A stretch of DNA of 63,949 nucleotides, the filler included, from Octopus bimaculoides (taxonomy: Eukaryota): NCBI RefSeq assembly GCF_001194135.2. It is 6 parts of 5 records of this genome, joined end to end, with 100 filler letters (N's around TTAATTAATTAA, not from the genome) between each part and the next. Parts side by side here need not be neighbours in the genome. Positions count along the whole stretch, not along the records: positions 5,007 to 26,057 come from NC_068982.1; 5 more parts are not named here. One strand, 5' to 3'. The translations under genes and the position numbers were made by a program. Position 1 is the first letter of the stretch. The number at the start of each line of letters is the position of its first letter. This document shows positions 13,150-25,155 of this stretch, piece after piece. The notes beneath the pieces were generated by a model. The model was not told the origin of the DNA, did no database searches, and worked only from the letters and a program-made list of their open reading frames with translations.

Positions 13150-13810
13150 TATGGAAATACTATTTGCAGAGTTATTGCATAACAAAACAGGAAAGTGGAA
13201 ATTTTTTGATATTATTTATTCTCCATTTGGATGTTTCTCTAAAGGATATTTTTTTCCAGCTAAAGATGATTATATAAAATTCTTCTGTCCAAAGATCTTC
13301 TAATAGGAAATTCCTTACATGTCTATCTAACATGTAAATCTTTGTAATTCCTATTAGAAAATGAATTATGTTAGATAGACATGTAAGGAATTTACTATAA
13401 GAACATCTTTGGACAGAATCGTTTTATATAATCTGGTGTGGCCTCCCAGCTTGCCAGTTCTCAGTCAAACCATCCAACTCATGCCAGCATGAAAATGGAT
13501 GTTAAGCGATGGTGATGATCTTTAGACGGAAAAGAATTATCCTTTAGAGAAAAATCCAAATGTATTTTTTGAATTTTAGAGGTTAACAATTGTAAGCGGT
13601 AAAAAGTATAAATAGATATTCTTATTTCAACTAAAGAAGAATATATAAAATAAAATTATTCTGAAGATTTTCTAATAGGAAATTTTTTACATGTCTATCT
13701 AATATGTAAATCTTTGTAATTCTTATTTGCAAAAGAAACGTGTGTAATGGAGAATAAATTATGCTAAAAATTTCCTGTTTTATATATGTTAGTTATATTT
13801 TGTAACAATT
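13150..13810. mobile_element. Foldback/long-TIR DNA element interrupted by a SINE tail (13434-13519)
   Basis: 13268-13333 is an imperfect inverted repeat of 13368-13433; 13224-13266 pairs with 13520-13562; about 13155-13225 pairs with about 13746-13810; an internal unit recurs at 13660-13730. Confidence 0.75.
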
Positions 13811-14689
13811 TACTGAAGTTGAAAATGTTGATTACAATTTACTGAAGTTTCATCTTTTGAATCATCAGATTGAAATGAAGAAGTATTTGTAAAATAGTTA
13901 GCAGTTAAGGGAAAATGAAAGATAGAGGAACAATGAAAGTAGAGAGTGGAAGTATGAGAGAAATGAGCAAAGAGAACAGAGTAAAAAGCAGATTTAAACT
14001 CTTAAAAGAAAACTAGTGAATTGAAAGGAATCAGTGGGCTAGCATGTGGTCTTCCTGTTATTAAAACTGTCACATTGGTGAAACATTTGAGCAGAGATCA
14101 GTTGGAAGGGAAAATTCACTCATTGATTATTTTCTACTATTTGAGCATTTAAATTGTTTATGCATACAAGGCACCAACTCTGAATGGTGATTAAGAAAGG
14201 GGAAAAATATTTCATAGCATTCAAAAATACAAGGCATACATAACCTATTTGAAAGGTTATTCTCCTTTTGATGTCATAGTTTTACTTATTAGATTTCATA
14301 TTCCAAATAAATACAAACAAATTCATTTGTTCTGCTAAATTGATTATGAAAAGAATAAAATTGTTGATTTTTTTTAAAGGTAGTAAGGGTTGATTTGGAG
14401 CAGATTTGGCTGCTATTTCTAGCATGTCATTGCTAACTGTCAAGAATAGGAGCCAGATCTTCTGTTAATGTCCCCTAGAATCCTATTAAGGATGTGATAT
14501 ATTCCCCTTTTAAGTAATGTCATGAAACCACGCCTAAACGAACATTAATCTCGAGGCAATAGCTGGATGTTCTTGGTAACAGCAAAGTCTGATAAAGGGC
14601 TGCACAAACTGGAGGAATGGCCTACAATCAAAATTACTTAAAAAGTTAACACGATAGCAATGTTAATGTTATCAAGTCAACAAGTTAGC

Positions 14690-15330
14690 AAAACGGATAC
14701 CGCATTAGCTGAGTTCAAATTCTGCAAAGGTCAGCTTTTCCAATTATTCCTCTTATGTCAGTTCAATTGATTACATCCAAATGTCCCACACCCTTCCCCA
14801 AAAAAGCCTGCAATATTTTACCAAGGTAAGAAATCAATATTATTATTATTATTATCATTATTATTAAAGCAGTGAGTGGGCAGAATCATTAGCACAAGGA
14901 CAAAATGTTTAGCAGTATTGCATTTATCTCTATGTTCTGGGTTCAAATTCCTCTGAGGTCAAAACTTTATCCTTCATCCTTTTCAGATCAATGAACTGAG
15001 TACCAGTTAAGTACTTGGGACAAAATGCAATTGATTAGCCCCCTTCCCCAAAATTTCAGGCCTTCTGCCTAGACAGGACGATTATTATTATTATTATTAT
15101 TATTATTATCAAGGTGACATTCTTGCTGCAAAGGCAAAAACTTTAAGGTAATTAGCTTCATCCCTCCACAAACAGGACTACAGCCCTGTCAAAAACAATT
15201 TTACCTTTTATCTCTCTTGGGTCAATAAGGCAAGTACCTGAACTACACTGATTCAATTCAATTATGTAACCTTCTCTTACAAAACTTGGCTGTTTGCCTA
15301 ACTAAGAAACCAATGATGCTATTATTACTA
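14690..15330 (+). mobile_element. Head-to-tail array of three tRNA-derived (ATT)n-tailed SINEs (Nin/Deu-like core)
   Basis: The clearest copy (14867-15110) has GTTCTGGGTTCAAATTCC...CCTTCATCCTTTTCAGATCAATGAACTGAGTACCAG and ends in (ATT)n; the flanking copies are more decayed. Confidence 0.7.
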
Positions 15331-15670
15331 ATAAATCTGAAACTTAAAGCCTCTTGACGTTTCCACAGCTAGTTATATATCAAGTTGTTAAACATAAAGA
15401 TTGAGTAAACTAGAAAGTATATCTAAAACCATAGTATATTTTCTCCCAAAATTATGAATTCTTTGTTCCAACAATCACATTCTAAAATATTCATTTATTT
15501 TTCATGTGTGTTAGTTCAAACAAGATACTGTAGAGAGCCAATTAGGGAGATGATTGAGGAATTTGTTTTTATTTCAAATGTGTAACAAGAGATTAAGCTA
15601 ACATTTACAACTCATTCATGATGATCTAAAAGATTTTATAGAATATTTTTCTGAAAATGAATCCCAAATG

Positions 15671-15702
<32 letters not shown>

Positions 15703-15996
15703 GTTGTTTCTTTAATAAGTATTCTTTAAAAATGTTAGATTACATGAATATTCTAACTGATTCAATATCAATTTATTATCTGTGAAACTTAGTGCATATA
15801 TATATATTGAGTAAAGCTAAGAGCTTGCTAATGAAAAGTCATGCTTCTAAAGGTGCATATATTTTCTCATGTACCATACTATTTAGGATAAACTACAATA
15901 TTAATTTATATATTTCAAATGTTTAGAAATTTTATATAATTGATAAAACAGAATAAAGCAATCAGTATACTGGACATGTAGAGACAAGGAAAACAC

Positions 15997-16048
<52 letters not shown>

Positions 16049-16729
16049 GAGAGAGGGAGAGAGAGAACATGAGACAGAGAAAAATTGTCTTCAAGGTCGG
16101 GTAGATTGTAGTATTCCAAATTAATATGGACTTGTTCTGACAAGTAGATGCCAGCTAAGAAATCCAAATTTAAATTGATGATGTTATATGAGAATGAAAA
16201 GCTGTAAGTATTGCACTTTACTTTTAAGGTTGAAAGAAATAGAGAATAATCAATAAATCTGTAGGGAGGAGGATGGCTGAGTATTGATATAAGACGAATT
16301 TGACACAATGTCTCAGGAACAAATGTTTTGGAGTGACTACATTATAATGAGGAACATGGTAGTTAGGCAGCTGTAGACGAATTTCGTTTTGAAGGAGACA
16401 GATTAAAGTTTATATCATTAGCAACACGTTGAAACTGTTTGACAGTTGTAACAAGACAAAAGATAAGAAGTAAAAAAAGGTAATTTGGCCATGAGAAAGA
16501 ACGGTGTACTTCAGATTTGATGTTTGATTTCATTTCTGTGCCAGAAAACCCACACAAACTCCTCTCTCTCTCTTTCTCTCTCATCGTGTGTTTGTGAGAG
16601 AGAGAGAAGGAGAAAAAGAGAGGAGTATGTTTGGAGGAGTGTAACATATTTTTTCAAAAATTGACATTCTTGACTAAGTTTGATATTTGACTGATATTTT
16701 CCTTGATTTTTTGTTTTGTTTGTTTTTAG

Positions 16730-16900
16730 TCGTCATTGAAAATGATAAAATCAAGATAAAAGAGGACATCAGTTCGATATTTCGGAATAATAGAGTTAAA
16801 TACAATGAAACTGAAACAATGGCCATTAGTATAATGGATAGCATTGATAATTCATATGCCAAAATGGTCTATTCATTAACTTTTAAATCTACACAAATTG
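16730..16900 (+). CDS. Candidate internal coding exon of an unidentified host gene (171 bp, phase 1-1)
   Basis: Strong acceptor TTTTTTGTTTTGTTTGTTTTTAG, donor G|GTGAGA, open frame (x)VIENDKIKIKEDISSIFRNNRVKYNETETMAISIMDSIDNSYAKMVYSLTFKSTQI; no family recognised. Confidence 0.5.
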
Positions 16901-17022
16901 GTGAGAGAAAAACAAGCAAAAAACAAAACTATTTTTGGATCCTTAAAGATGAGTGATCCAAGATGAAAAAGAATGTCAGAAATTGTTAGCTGGTCTATAA
17001 ATGGCTTTTGTGCCTTCTACAG

Positions 17023-17066
17023 CAATGCAAGAGAAGTTTGATTCAACAAGCACTAAACCCCATTGA
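17023..17066 (+). CDS. Candidate terminal coding exon following 16730-16900
   Basis: Acceptor GGCTTTTGTGCCTTCTACAG after a 122-bp intron; the phase-1 junction gives AMQEKFDSTSTKPH*; AATAAA at 17281. Confidence 0.35.
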
Positions 17067-17199
17067 GGCTCAGGGAGAAGTGGACAAGCATAAGTCTGTT
17101 GTTTGTTTATGGAGGATAATATACGGGTTCTTCCTTAATTAGCTCTGCTGATGTGTAAGGATGTCGCGTAACATGAAAATTGTCAGTAGTTAATTAAAG

Positions 17200-17937
17200 A
17201 AATGAAAAATTGAAATAAGGCACGCAAGCTGACAATGCTAATCTTCGAAGAATGAATGACCCCAGTGGAAAACAATCTTTAATAAAAGTGTGTGTGCGTG
17301 TGTGTTTTCAAAATATCAGATGACATTAGAATAATTTTTTTCCCCAAATGTATCAACATTCTGTTTGAAATTGGACTATGCGAAAATGAGATATGACACT
17401 GTTCAGATAAACTTATATTAAATTACGACAAATTGTTTTTTTATAAAATATCAAAAACAATATTTAAAAAAAAGAAGAGAATAATATCAAGAGTGAAATC
17501 AAACGAAATACAGAAAATATTGAATGAATTCGAACAAATATTCAATTACACAGGAAAAAACAAATTTAAAGATATTGTCTATAAAGCAATTCTTGTGTAA
17601 CAAGTTGGATCGTCAACATACGATAAGATAACATGTAAAAGCTACATTTGAATATCAGAGAAATATCAATTACAACAAATCTTAACTCGTTTCTATTTAC
17701 TGTGCACTGATAAGTTAGACTAAAGGCCTTTTGTCAAACTAACCCACGTACACTACGAATAGCTTATGTACACACCCATATATATNNNNNNNNNNNNNNN
17801 NNNNNNNNNNNNNNNNNNNNNNNNNNNNNNNNNNNNNNNNNNNNNNNNNNNNNNNNNNNNNNNNNNNNNNNNNNNNNNNNNNNNNNNNNNNNNNNNNNNN
17901 NNNNNNNNNNNNNNNNNNNNNNNNNNNNNNNNNNNNN

Positions 17938-17971
<34 letters not shown>

Positions 17972-19300
17972 AAACACACACACATATGCATACGGGCACG
18001 CGAGTGTGTATATGTACGTGTGTTTGTGTTATACATAGATACATTATTGCAGTTTCAAAGAATTATCGCTCCTATCAATGTAATGATGTCTCCTGCATCT
18101 ATGCATGTAATATATAAATATAAATATACAAAGACCTACATGAATGCATTCATATCTATGTACAAAGTTCGATGCAAAAATTAAATATACTGTTCTTTCC
18201 TCACATCGCTCCTCTCCCCGAAAATCTATATATATGATTAAATAACAACAACTGTTGGCAATCTCTTCTCCTCGAGGGAATCAATAACAAAACTACAACG
18301 TTGTGTCAACCACTGCATTTGTTGGCAGAACGAAGCCAACGTATAAAAAGTTTTGTAAATGTTGTCATTTCGGGTATTCGAGCACCATGGCCAAACAGCA
18401 GCCATTTCTACCCCTGTCTCGCCAGTTGAACTTAATACACTATCTCCCTCTCTCTCTCCTTCAGTGTCCCAGACTAAATTAGGCAAATGCTGCCTGTCGA
18501 TCAACTTGTGTAAGAGGAGGACAAATTAGATCAATATATGAAACAGACGTGACACTAACTAGTTCTTCAGTTTAGCGAACTACCACATATTTTTTCAGAA
18601 CATTAAGTTGCTGTTATCAGAAACAAAATTCGACAAATATATTGTTGTTGTTATCGTTATTATTATTTATTATTATTACTCCAAGAGGCCATATTTTCCT
18701 TCGTTCCAAACCGAATTAAATAAACAAACAAATTTGAAAAAGCTAAAAGCAAGCAACTAACCGAACAAACAAAACAAAAGTATTTACAAAATGCACCACC
18801 AAACTGACATACTGAACGAATAAGGTTACGAAGGAGAAATGATAATTACAAAAAAATGTTAAGAAACATTTTTCGTTCCTACCTGTGGACCGCCCTCTAA
18901 TGAGTCCTCCAAGTGTAATTTTGCAATTCCAGGCATTTTAACAAATTGTCAACTCTTTTGATTAAAATTGTAATAGTCCGGTGTGAGAAACTGGTGTTGA
19001 TAGACGACTCTTCTCTCGCTCTCGCGCTCACTCTCTCTGTTTCTCTCTCTATCGAGCATTCGCTTTCTTGCTATATCTCTTTCTCTTTCTGTCTCTCTCT
19101 CTATCGAGCATTCGCTTTCTTGCTATATCTCTTTCTCTTTCTCTCTCTCTCTCTCTCACTCACTAACAGGTACGCGTAGTACACATTCGCAGTATCACAG
19201 TATCGCAGAACGATAAACAAATGGCATATTCAAAATTACTATGGAACCACGAAAGTACTAACATCCGTTAGAATTAGAATTTTATTGCATTTTATTTCAC
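17200..19300. promoter_or_regulatory. CpG-richer promoter/5'-exon-like region
   Basis: CpG visibly more frequent than in flanking DNA; (CT)n tracts; minus-strand donor CCACAG|GTAGGA (exon end at 18883); plus-strand donor-like AACAG|GTACGC near 19170. Confidence 0.3.
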
Positions 19301-19377
19301 AGAAATAATTTGAAGATAAATTGGAGTTGTTTTAAAATCCATGAGTCAGAAAATACAGGCACTCATGCATAGGTTAA

Positions 19378-19686
19378 TAGAGTGGATATATCATTATTAA
19401 TAAATACAATATTATATTCTCATAACAACCAATTTACCAACTGGTTTCATACTAGGAACTGAGAAAAACCCTGGCAATCATCAGAAAAGGCCAAAAGGAA
19501 TAGTATGGTATGGGCTCCAGATGTGATACTTTAATACCTCTAGTAGCAAAGAGGTCATGCCATTCTATTCTTTTTGGCTTTTCTGTTGCTTACTGGGGGT
19601 TTTCTTGACTTCTGGTATGAAACCAATCAGTAAATTGGTTATTATGGGAATATAAAATGGTTATTAAAATACTATATCATACTCTC
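19378..19686. mobile_element. Old foldback MITE-like inverted repeat (about 130-bp arms)
   Basis: CATAACAACCAATTTACCAACTGGTTTCATAC (19421 onward) pairs with GTATGAAACCAATCAGTAAATTGGTTATTATG (ending 19646); pairing continues inward to a roughly 40-bp centre. Confidence 0.7.
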
Positions 19687-19706
19687 ATAATTCAATTAAA
19701 ATAATG

Positions 19707-19760
<54 letters not shown>

Positions 19761-19775
19761 GTAATAATAATAATA

Positions 19776-21170
19776 TGAAAAGAGGGAAGAAAGCAGCCTG
19801 CAGAGGATTGCGGTTATCATCAGGAGAGACCATGGGTGAACCCGACAGTAGTGGGTATAGGTATTTAGGGATTTTGGAGTTGGATGACATTCTACACAGA
19901 GAAATGATAGTCAAGGTCAGCAAGGCGTACCAAAAAAGGGTAAAGATGGTGTTGAAATCCAACCTGAATGCCAAAAATTTGATTATCGCTATGAATATCT
20001 GGGCAGTTGTGGTGGTCAGATATAGTGTGTCCATCCTCAAATGGACTAAGGAGGAATATCAACACTGGATAGAAGGACAAGAAAGTTGATGACGCTGCAT
20101 GGGGCACTACACCCTAAGGCAAATGTAAACAAACTGTATATGAAAAGAAAGAATGGTGGCAAAGGACTAATTAATATAGACCATTGTATAAGGAGTGAAA
20201 GGAGAACGCTTGTAGAGTATTTGATAAATAGTGATGAAGACCTGCTGCAATATGCCCTGAAAGATATGGGTGTAAATGCAGATGAAATGGTGGGCAAGGA
20301 AGAGTTTAACCAAAGAGCTGAGGAGAAGAGAAAAGAAGTCCTTCTTGAAATGAGAATGCATTACAATTTGAAAGGAATGCAAAAGACGTTAAGGATAATA
20401 CAGCATCGTGGACATGGCTTGAGCGAGGTGATTTGAAGCGTACCACTGAAAGTCTGTTCATTGTTGTACAAGACCTGGCTCTTGTTACCAATTCAGTGAA
20501 GTATAACATCTATAAATCATCTGACACCCAGAAATGCAGACTCTGTGGAAAGCGTGTGGAAAGTGTGACCCACTTGGTAAGTGGATGTGAGAGCCTTGCA
20601 CAAAAAGAATACAAGCACCGCCACAATAAAGTGTGTGTGTATCTTCATTGACACTAATGGCGTAAATACCAATATGAAGTAACAGAGAACTGGTATGAGC
20701 ATGTACCAAGTAAAGTTATACAGGAGGATGATAATATGGGACTATGATTTTCAGATGGATCATGTACTTGAACACCGTCAGCCAGATATTGTCATATTGA
20801 ATAAGAAAGACAAAAACTGTCAGATCATTGTTGTAGCCATACCAAATGACATGAATGTTGTGAGTAAAGAGGTTGAAAAAATTACCACGTACTCCGAAAT
20901 GAAAGTGGAAATGGCAAGACTGTATGGAATTCAAGAGAGTAATGTGAAAGTGATACCAGTGGTGATTGGAGCGTTGGGCTCAATCCCATTGAAACTCCAA
21001 AACTTCCTAAGGCAACTGAAAATCCCATGCAAGATTGATGTCTTGCAAAAAGCAGCCTTATTGGGCACAGTGTACATCTTAAGGAAAGTATTATCTGTCT
21101 GAGGTCCTTGTTGTGACTTGACACACGACTAAAGACTCTGATGCATTTTTACCTACACTGTGTTACGAAG

Positions 21171-21172
<2 letters not shown>
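19776..21172 (+). mobile_element. Dong/R4-clade non-LTR retrotransposon, 5'-truncated, inserted in (AAT)n
   Basis: Frameshifted ORFs with YRYLGILE, GALHPKANVNKLYMKRKNGGKGL, a CCHC motif (CRLCGKRVESVTHLVSGC), RHNKV and a restriction-like endonuclease (IIWDY..RQPDIVIL...EK..Y); (AAT)n on both sides. Confidence 0.92.
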
Positions 21173-21240
<68 letters not shown>

Positions 21241-21243
21241 ATC

Positions 21244-21381
21244 ACTTGAACAAAACTGTACAAATCCAAATATATGGTACCCTAGGCATAACACCTACAT
21301 GAACTTCTAACTTGTCTCTTGAGGTCTCTGGGTGAGACTTGGATCCAACTTGTACAAATGCAAAACAAAAGTCAAACATAA
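21244..21381 (+). mobile_element. Very short probable Dong/R4 3'-UTR copy flanked by (AAT)n
   Basis: 138-bp unique insert between AAT tracts; TGAGGTCTCTGGGTGAGACTTGG resembles TGAGGTCCTTGTTGTGACTTG at the 3' end of the preceding element. Confidence 0.55.
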
Positions 21382-21405
21382 AATAATAATAATAATAATA
21401 ATAAT

Positions 21406-21592
21406 ACTTGCTACTATAGGCACAAGGCCTGGATTTTTGTGGGGAGGGGGACAATCGATCACATCAACCTCAGCACTTGACTGGTACTTAATTTATCGAC
21501 CTCAGTGGAATTTGAACTCAGAATGTGGCAACAGATGAAATACTGCTAAGCATTTCACTTGGCATGCTAACAATTCTGTCAGCTCACTGTCT
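21406..21592 (-). mobile_element. tRNA-derived (ATT)n-tailed SINE
   Basis: Reverse complement of the Nin-like SINE consensus seen at 43.9 and 55.1 kb. Confidence 0.85.
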
Positions 21593-21594
21593 TA

Positions 21595-21645
<51 letters not shown>

Positions 21646-21648
<3 letters not shown>

Positions 21649-21861
21649 CCTTTCTACTAAAAGCACAAGGCCTGAAATTTTGGGGTAAAGGACTAGTAAA
21701 TTACATCAACTCCAGTGATCAACTTGTACTTAATTTATCGACCCTAAAAGGATGAAAGGCAAAGTCAACCTCAGTGGAATTTGAGCTCAGACAATAACGA
21801 CAGACAAAATTCTGCTAAGCATTTTGCCCAGCATGCTAACAATTCTGCCAGCTTGCAGCCT
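21646..21861 (-). mobile_element. tRNA-derived (ATT)n-tailed SINE
   Basis: As above; includes CCCTAAAAGGATGAAAGGCAAAGTCAACCTCAGTGGAATTTGAGCTCAG. Confidence 0.85.
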
Positions 21862-21899
21862 GAATAATAATAATAATAATGATAATAATAATAATAATA

Positions 21900-22394
21900 A
21901 CACTTGACAGAGCAAAAAATTGGTATGACCATAAACCCAAAGGCATCATCGAAAATGATAATGCAAAGATCCTGTGGGATTTTATGATTCAGTGCGACCA
22001 TGAGATAGAGAATAGGAAGCCAGATATAGTCTTAATTGAGAAAGAAAGCAAACTATGCTGGATCATAGATATAGCATGCCCTGCTGACAACAAGGTATGT
22101 GATAAGGAAGAAAGAAAAGTCAATAGATATGACAGGTTAGCTTGGGAGGTTAAGCAGTTGTGGTCAATGAAAATGGTCAGAGCCCTGGGAACAGTGAGTA
22201 AAAATCTTGAGAAGTACATGGAATAAATAGGAGCTGCCATAAGGGTGGAGCACTTGCAGAAAACAGCACTGCTTGGAACTGTTTAAATACTCCGGAAGGT
22301 GCTTGAAAAATAAGGTGGGGGGTTACCTTAGTTCACTAGTAGTGAACAGCTGATACCATATTACATCTCCAGTGTTAGAAGCTGTGCAAAGACA
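21900..22394 (+). mobile_element. Dong/R4 3' fragment (different subfamily), flanked by (AAT)n
   Basis: KNWYDHKPKGIIENDNAKILWDFMIQCDHEIENRKPDIVLIEK...IIDIACP...K...Y...QKTALLGT. Confidence 0.9.
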
Positions 22395-22411
22395 ATAATA
22401 ATAATAATAAT

Positions 22412-22612
22412 CCTTTTTACTATAGGCACAAGGCCTGAAATTTTTGGGGAAGAGGATAGTCAATTACATCAATCTCCAGTGTTTCACTAGTACTTAATTT
22501 ATCAACCCCAAAAGGATGAAAAGCAAAGTCGACCTCAGTGGAATTTGAACTCAGAATGTAGCAGTAGACGAAATACCACTACACATTTTTTTCAGCATGC
22601 TAACGATTCTGC
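22412..22612 (-). mobile_element. tRNA-derived (ATT)n-tailed SINE
   Basis: Same family as 21646-21861. Confidence 0.85.
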
Positions 22613-22614
22613 TA

Positions 22615-22940
22615 GACAGGAAAAATGGTACAAACATCACCAAGATGCAGCAACAAAAGAAGAGAATGTGACAGTCCTTTGGGATTTTCATATGGACATC
22701 AATAGAAAGATCAAGGCTAATAGGCCTGATATAATTATTAAGGATTGTAAAAAGGAAACATGCATGAGCATACCATCTGATCATGACATCTGAAAAGAGT
22801 TCCAAAAGATCAGAGAGTATAAAGACCTAATAATTGAAACTAAGAAAAAATGTGGCATTTTAAGGTCTACAATACTAGTGATAGTTGGTACCCTTGCAAT
22901 AATTGAACAGGAATGTATTCAGACCAAATACCTGAAAGGC
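22615..22940 (+). mobile_element. Decayed Dong/R4 endonuclease fragment (further subfamily)
   Basis: EKWYKHHQDAATKEENVTVLWDFHMDINRKIKANRPDIIIKD. Confidence 0.75.
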
Positions 22941-23588
22941 CATACCAGCAAGAGATTTGCTTGTCAGTTACTTGACCTTTACCAGCTGAGCAATGTTCCT
23001 TAGTGGCTGATAATATGTGCATTTCTGATCATGAGCAGGAGTAGTGGGGAAACATCATAGTTATGTGTTGAGAGGAATTCTTCGAAGTTTGAATAATTCC
23101 TTCCTGGAAACATGGGTGTGTGTGTGTGTGTGTAAGAGGGCCCTTGGCCTAGTGGTTAGGGCGTTGCACTCAAGATGTCTGTGAGTATATATTGTGAGAT
23201 GTCTGTGAGTATATACAAGTGCTCTGCAACCGTTTTTCACTTGTGGTTCACTTGTATTCTTTTCAAAAGTTTGATGGCACATCTGATCTCAAAATGTAAC
23301 TAAAAGTATAAGGAAAAAATTATAATCAGGTTACACAGTGGTACACTTAGCATCATCTCATGGCACACCAGTGTGTCACAACATACCAGCTGTGGAGCAC
23401 TGGTATATACACAAATATATGCATACTTACACACACACATGTTAACCATTTATATCTTTGGCCCCACCTGGGACATGGGCCATTGGCAATGTTTTACCAC
23501 TCATCTCTTTTCCAAATCTTTTATCTCCAGTTGCCTCTAACTCTAGCTAGATTATCTCACATTATTCTCCGGGTCACATTACTTGAAA

Positions 23589-23976
23589 TTACTCTTTACT
23601 CTTTTACTTGTTTCAGTCATTTGACTGTGGCCATGCTGGAGCACCACCTTTAGTCAAGCAAATCGACCCCAGGACTTATTCTTTGTAAGCCTAGTACTTA
23701 TTCTATCGGTGTCTTTTGCTGAACCGCTAAGTTACGGAGACGTAAACACACCAGCATAGGTTATCAAACGATGTTGGGGGGACAAACACAGACACAAACA
23801 TATACATATATACGATGGGCTTCTTTCAGTTTCCGTCTACCAAATCCACTCACAAGGCTTTGGTCGGCCCGAGGCTATAGTAGAAGACACTCGCCCAAGG
23901 TGCCACACAGTGGGACTGAACCCGGAACCATGTGGTTGGTAAGCAAGCTACTTACCACACAGCCACTCCTACGCCT
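23589..23976 (-). mobile_element. tRNA-derived SINE (about 390 bp, internal CA tract), little diverged
   Basis: Minus-strand Pol III boxes GGCTGTGTGGTAAGTAGC and GGTTCAGTCCC; homologous to 36598-36994 and 44332-44720. Confidence 0.9.
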
Positions 23977-24600
23977 AGTTTTCTTTAGTTTTCCTTGATT
24001 ACTTTTGCCCTGGAAGTTCTCTTTGATGAATCACTTTGCAATGTCGTGATGTCTCCTGAGGTCATGTATAATCTAGTGCCCCTCTTTTCGTTTGATCTCT
24101 AAACTGTTGGGGATTTGCTCCTGCAAGTCTATATTACCCAATGTATTCTAAGTATCTTATTGAAGAAATGATTCAAGGTCTAGATCTTCTTCAGAGAGGT
24201 GTTCAACTATCTACCTTGGCTCTATACAATATGATTGATGACTTCATTCATAAATTGAAGATGCATGTCTTAGTGTTCCTGGAGGTGAGTCTTGGCTTTC
24301 AGATGTCATTCAGCAGGGGAATACAACTAACACTTTGCCAATCTTAGCTGTCATGTCAACATCAATGTCACCTGTCTGGTTGATACTGCATGTACATGAA
24401 GCTTGGCATTTCTTCAACTGAATATGGTTCAACTGAAGTGGGCTACTTTCAAATTTAATACTCAATACATGATACAAGTGTAGAATTTTATATTCTTTCA
24501 TTTAAAACAGGGCATAATGATTATTTCAACCGACACAGTTAAGACCCTGTTGGTTAAAAGGACTGGTGTGCCAAGTTTTGAATAATAGTGAGTGACATGT

Positions 24601-24653
<53 letters not shown>

Positions 24654-24814
24654 TGTGTTGTGGTTAAGTGCATACATGGTTGGGTAGTTGAGAAGTTTGC
24701 TTCTCAGTCACATGTTTCAGGCTCACATCTACTGCATGACACTTGAGTAAGTGTTGTAACAAGGAAGGCTTCTATATGTATTGGAGAATAATTTATGTTA
24801 CATTAATAGAAAAG

Positions 24815-25155
24815 GTGAAGGCACATAGCTCAGTGGTTAGAATATTGGGCGCACAATCATGAGATAGTAAGTTCAATTCCAGACTGGGCTGTGTGTTGAG
24901 TTCTTGAGCAAGACACTTTATTTCATGTTACTCCAGTTCACTCAGCTGTAGAAATGAGTTGCAATGTCACTGGTGCCAAGCTGTTTCGGCCTTTGTCTTT
25001 CCCTTGGATAACGTCGGTGGTATGGAGAAGGGAGGCTGGTATGCATGGGCAATTGTTGACCTTCCACAAAAAACAACCTTGCCTGGACCTGTGCCTCGGA
25101 GGGGAACTTTGTAGGTACAATCCAATGGTCATTCATGACCGAAGGGGATTTTAAC
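24815..25155 (+). mobile_element. tRNA-derived SINE with CORE-like central domain
   Basis: TAGCTCAGTGGTTAGA A box, AGTTCAATTCC B box, then TTGAGCAAGACACTTTATTTCA; homologous to 57712-58070. Confidence 0.85.

Noticed and set aside
16149-16203. MPAKKSKFKLMMLYENEK followed by GTAAGT as a first coding exon
   Set aside because: Ends in phase 2, incompatible with the phase-1 exon at 16730, and no bridging exon was found.
18238-18504. 88-aa minus-strand ORF in the promoter-like region
   Set aside because: Crosses a (GA)n tract, has no homology I recognise, and reads like 5'-UTR sequence.
21382-22612. Hypothesis that the (ATT)n-tailed SINEs are mobilised by Dong/R4
   Set aside because: On their own sense strands the SINEs end in (ATT)n and Dong in (AAT)n, i.e. 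opposite polarity at the shared target, and I saw no shared 3' sequence.
24141-24284. Possible exon ending GAG|GTGAGT
   Set aside because: Good donor but no clear acceptor and no recognisable peptide.
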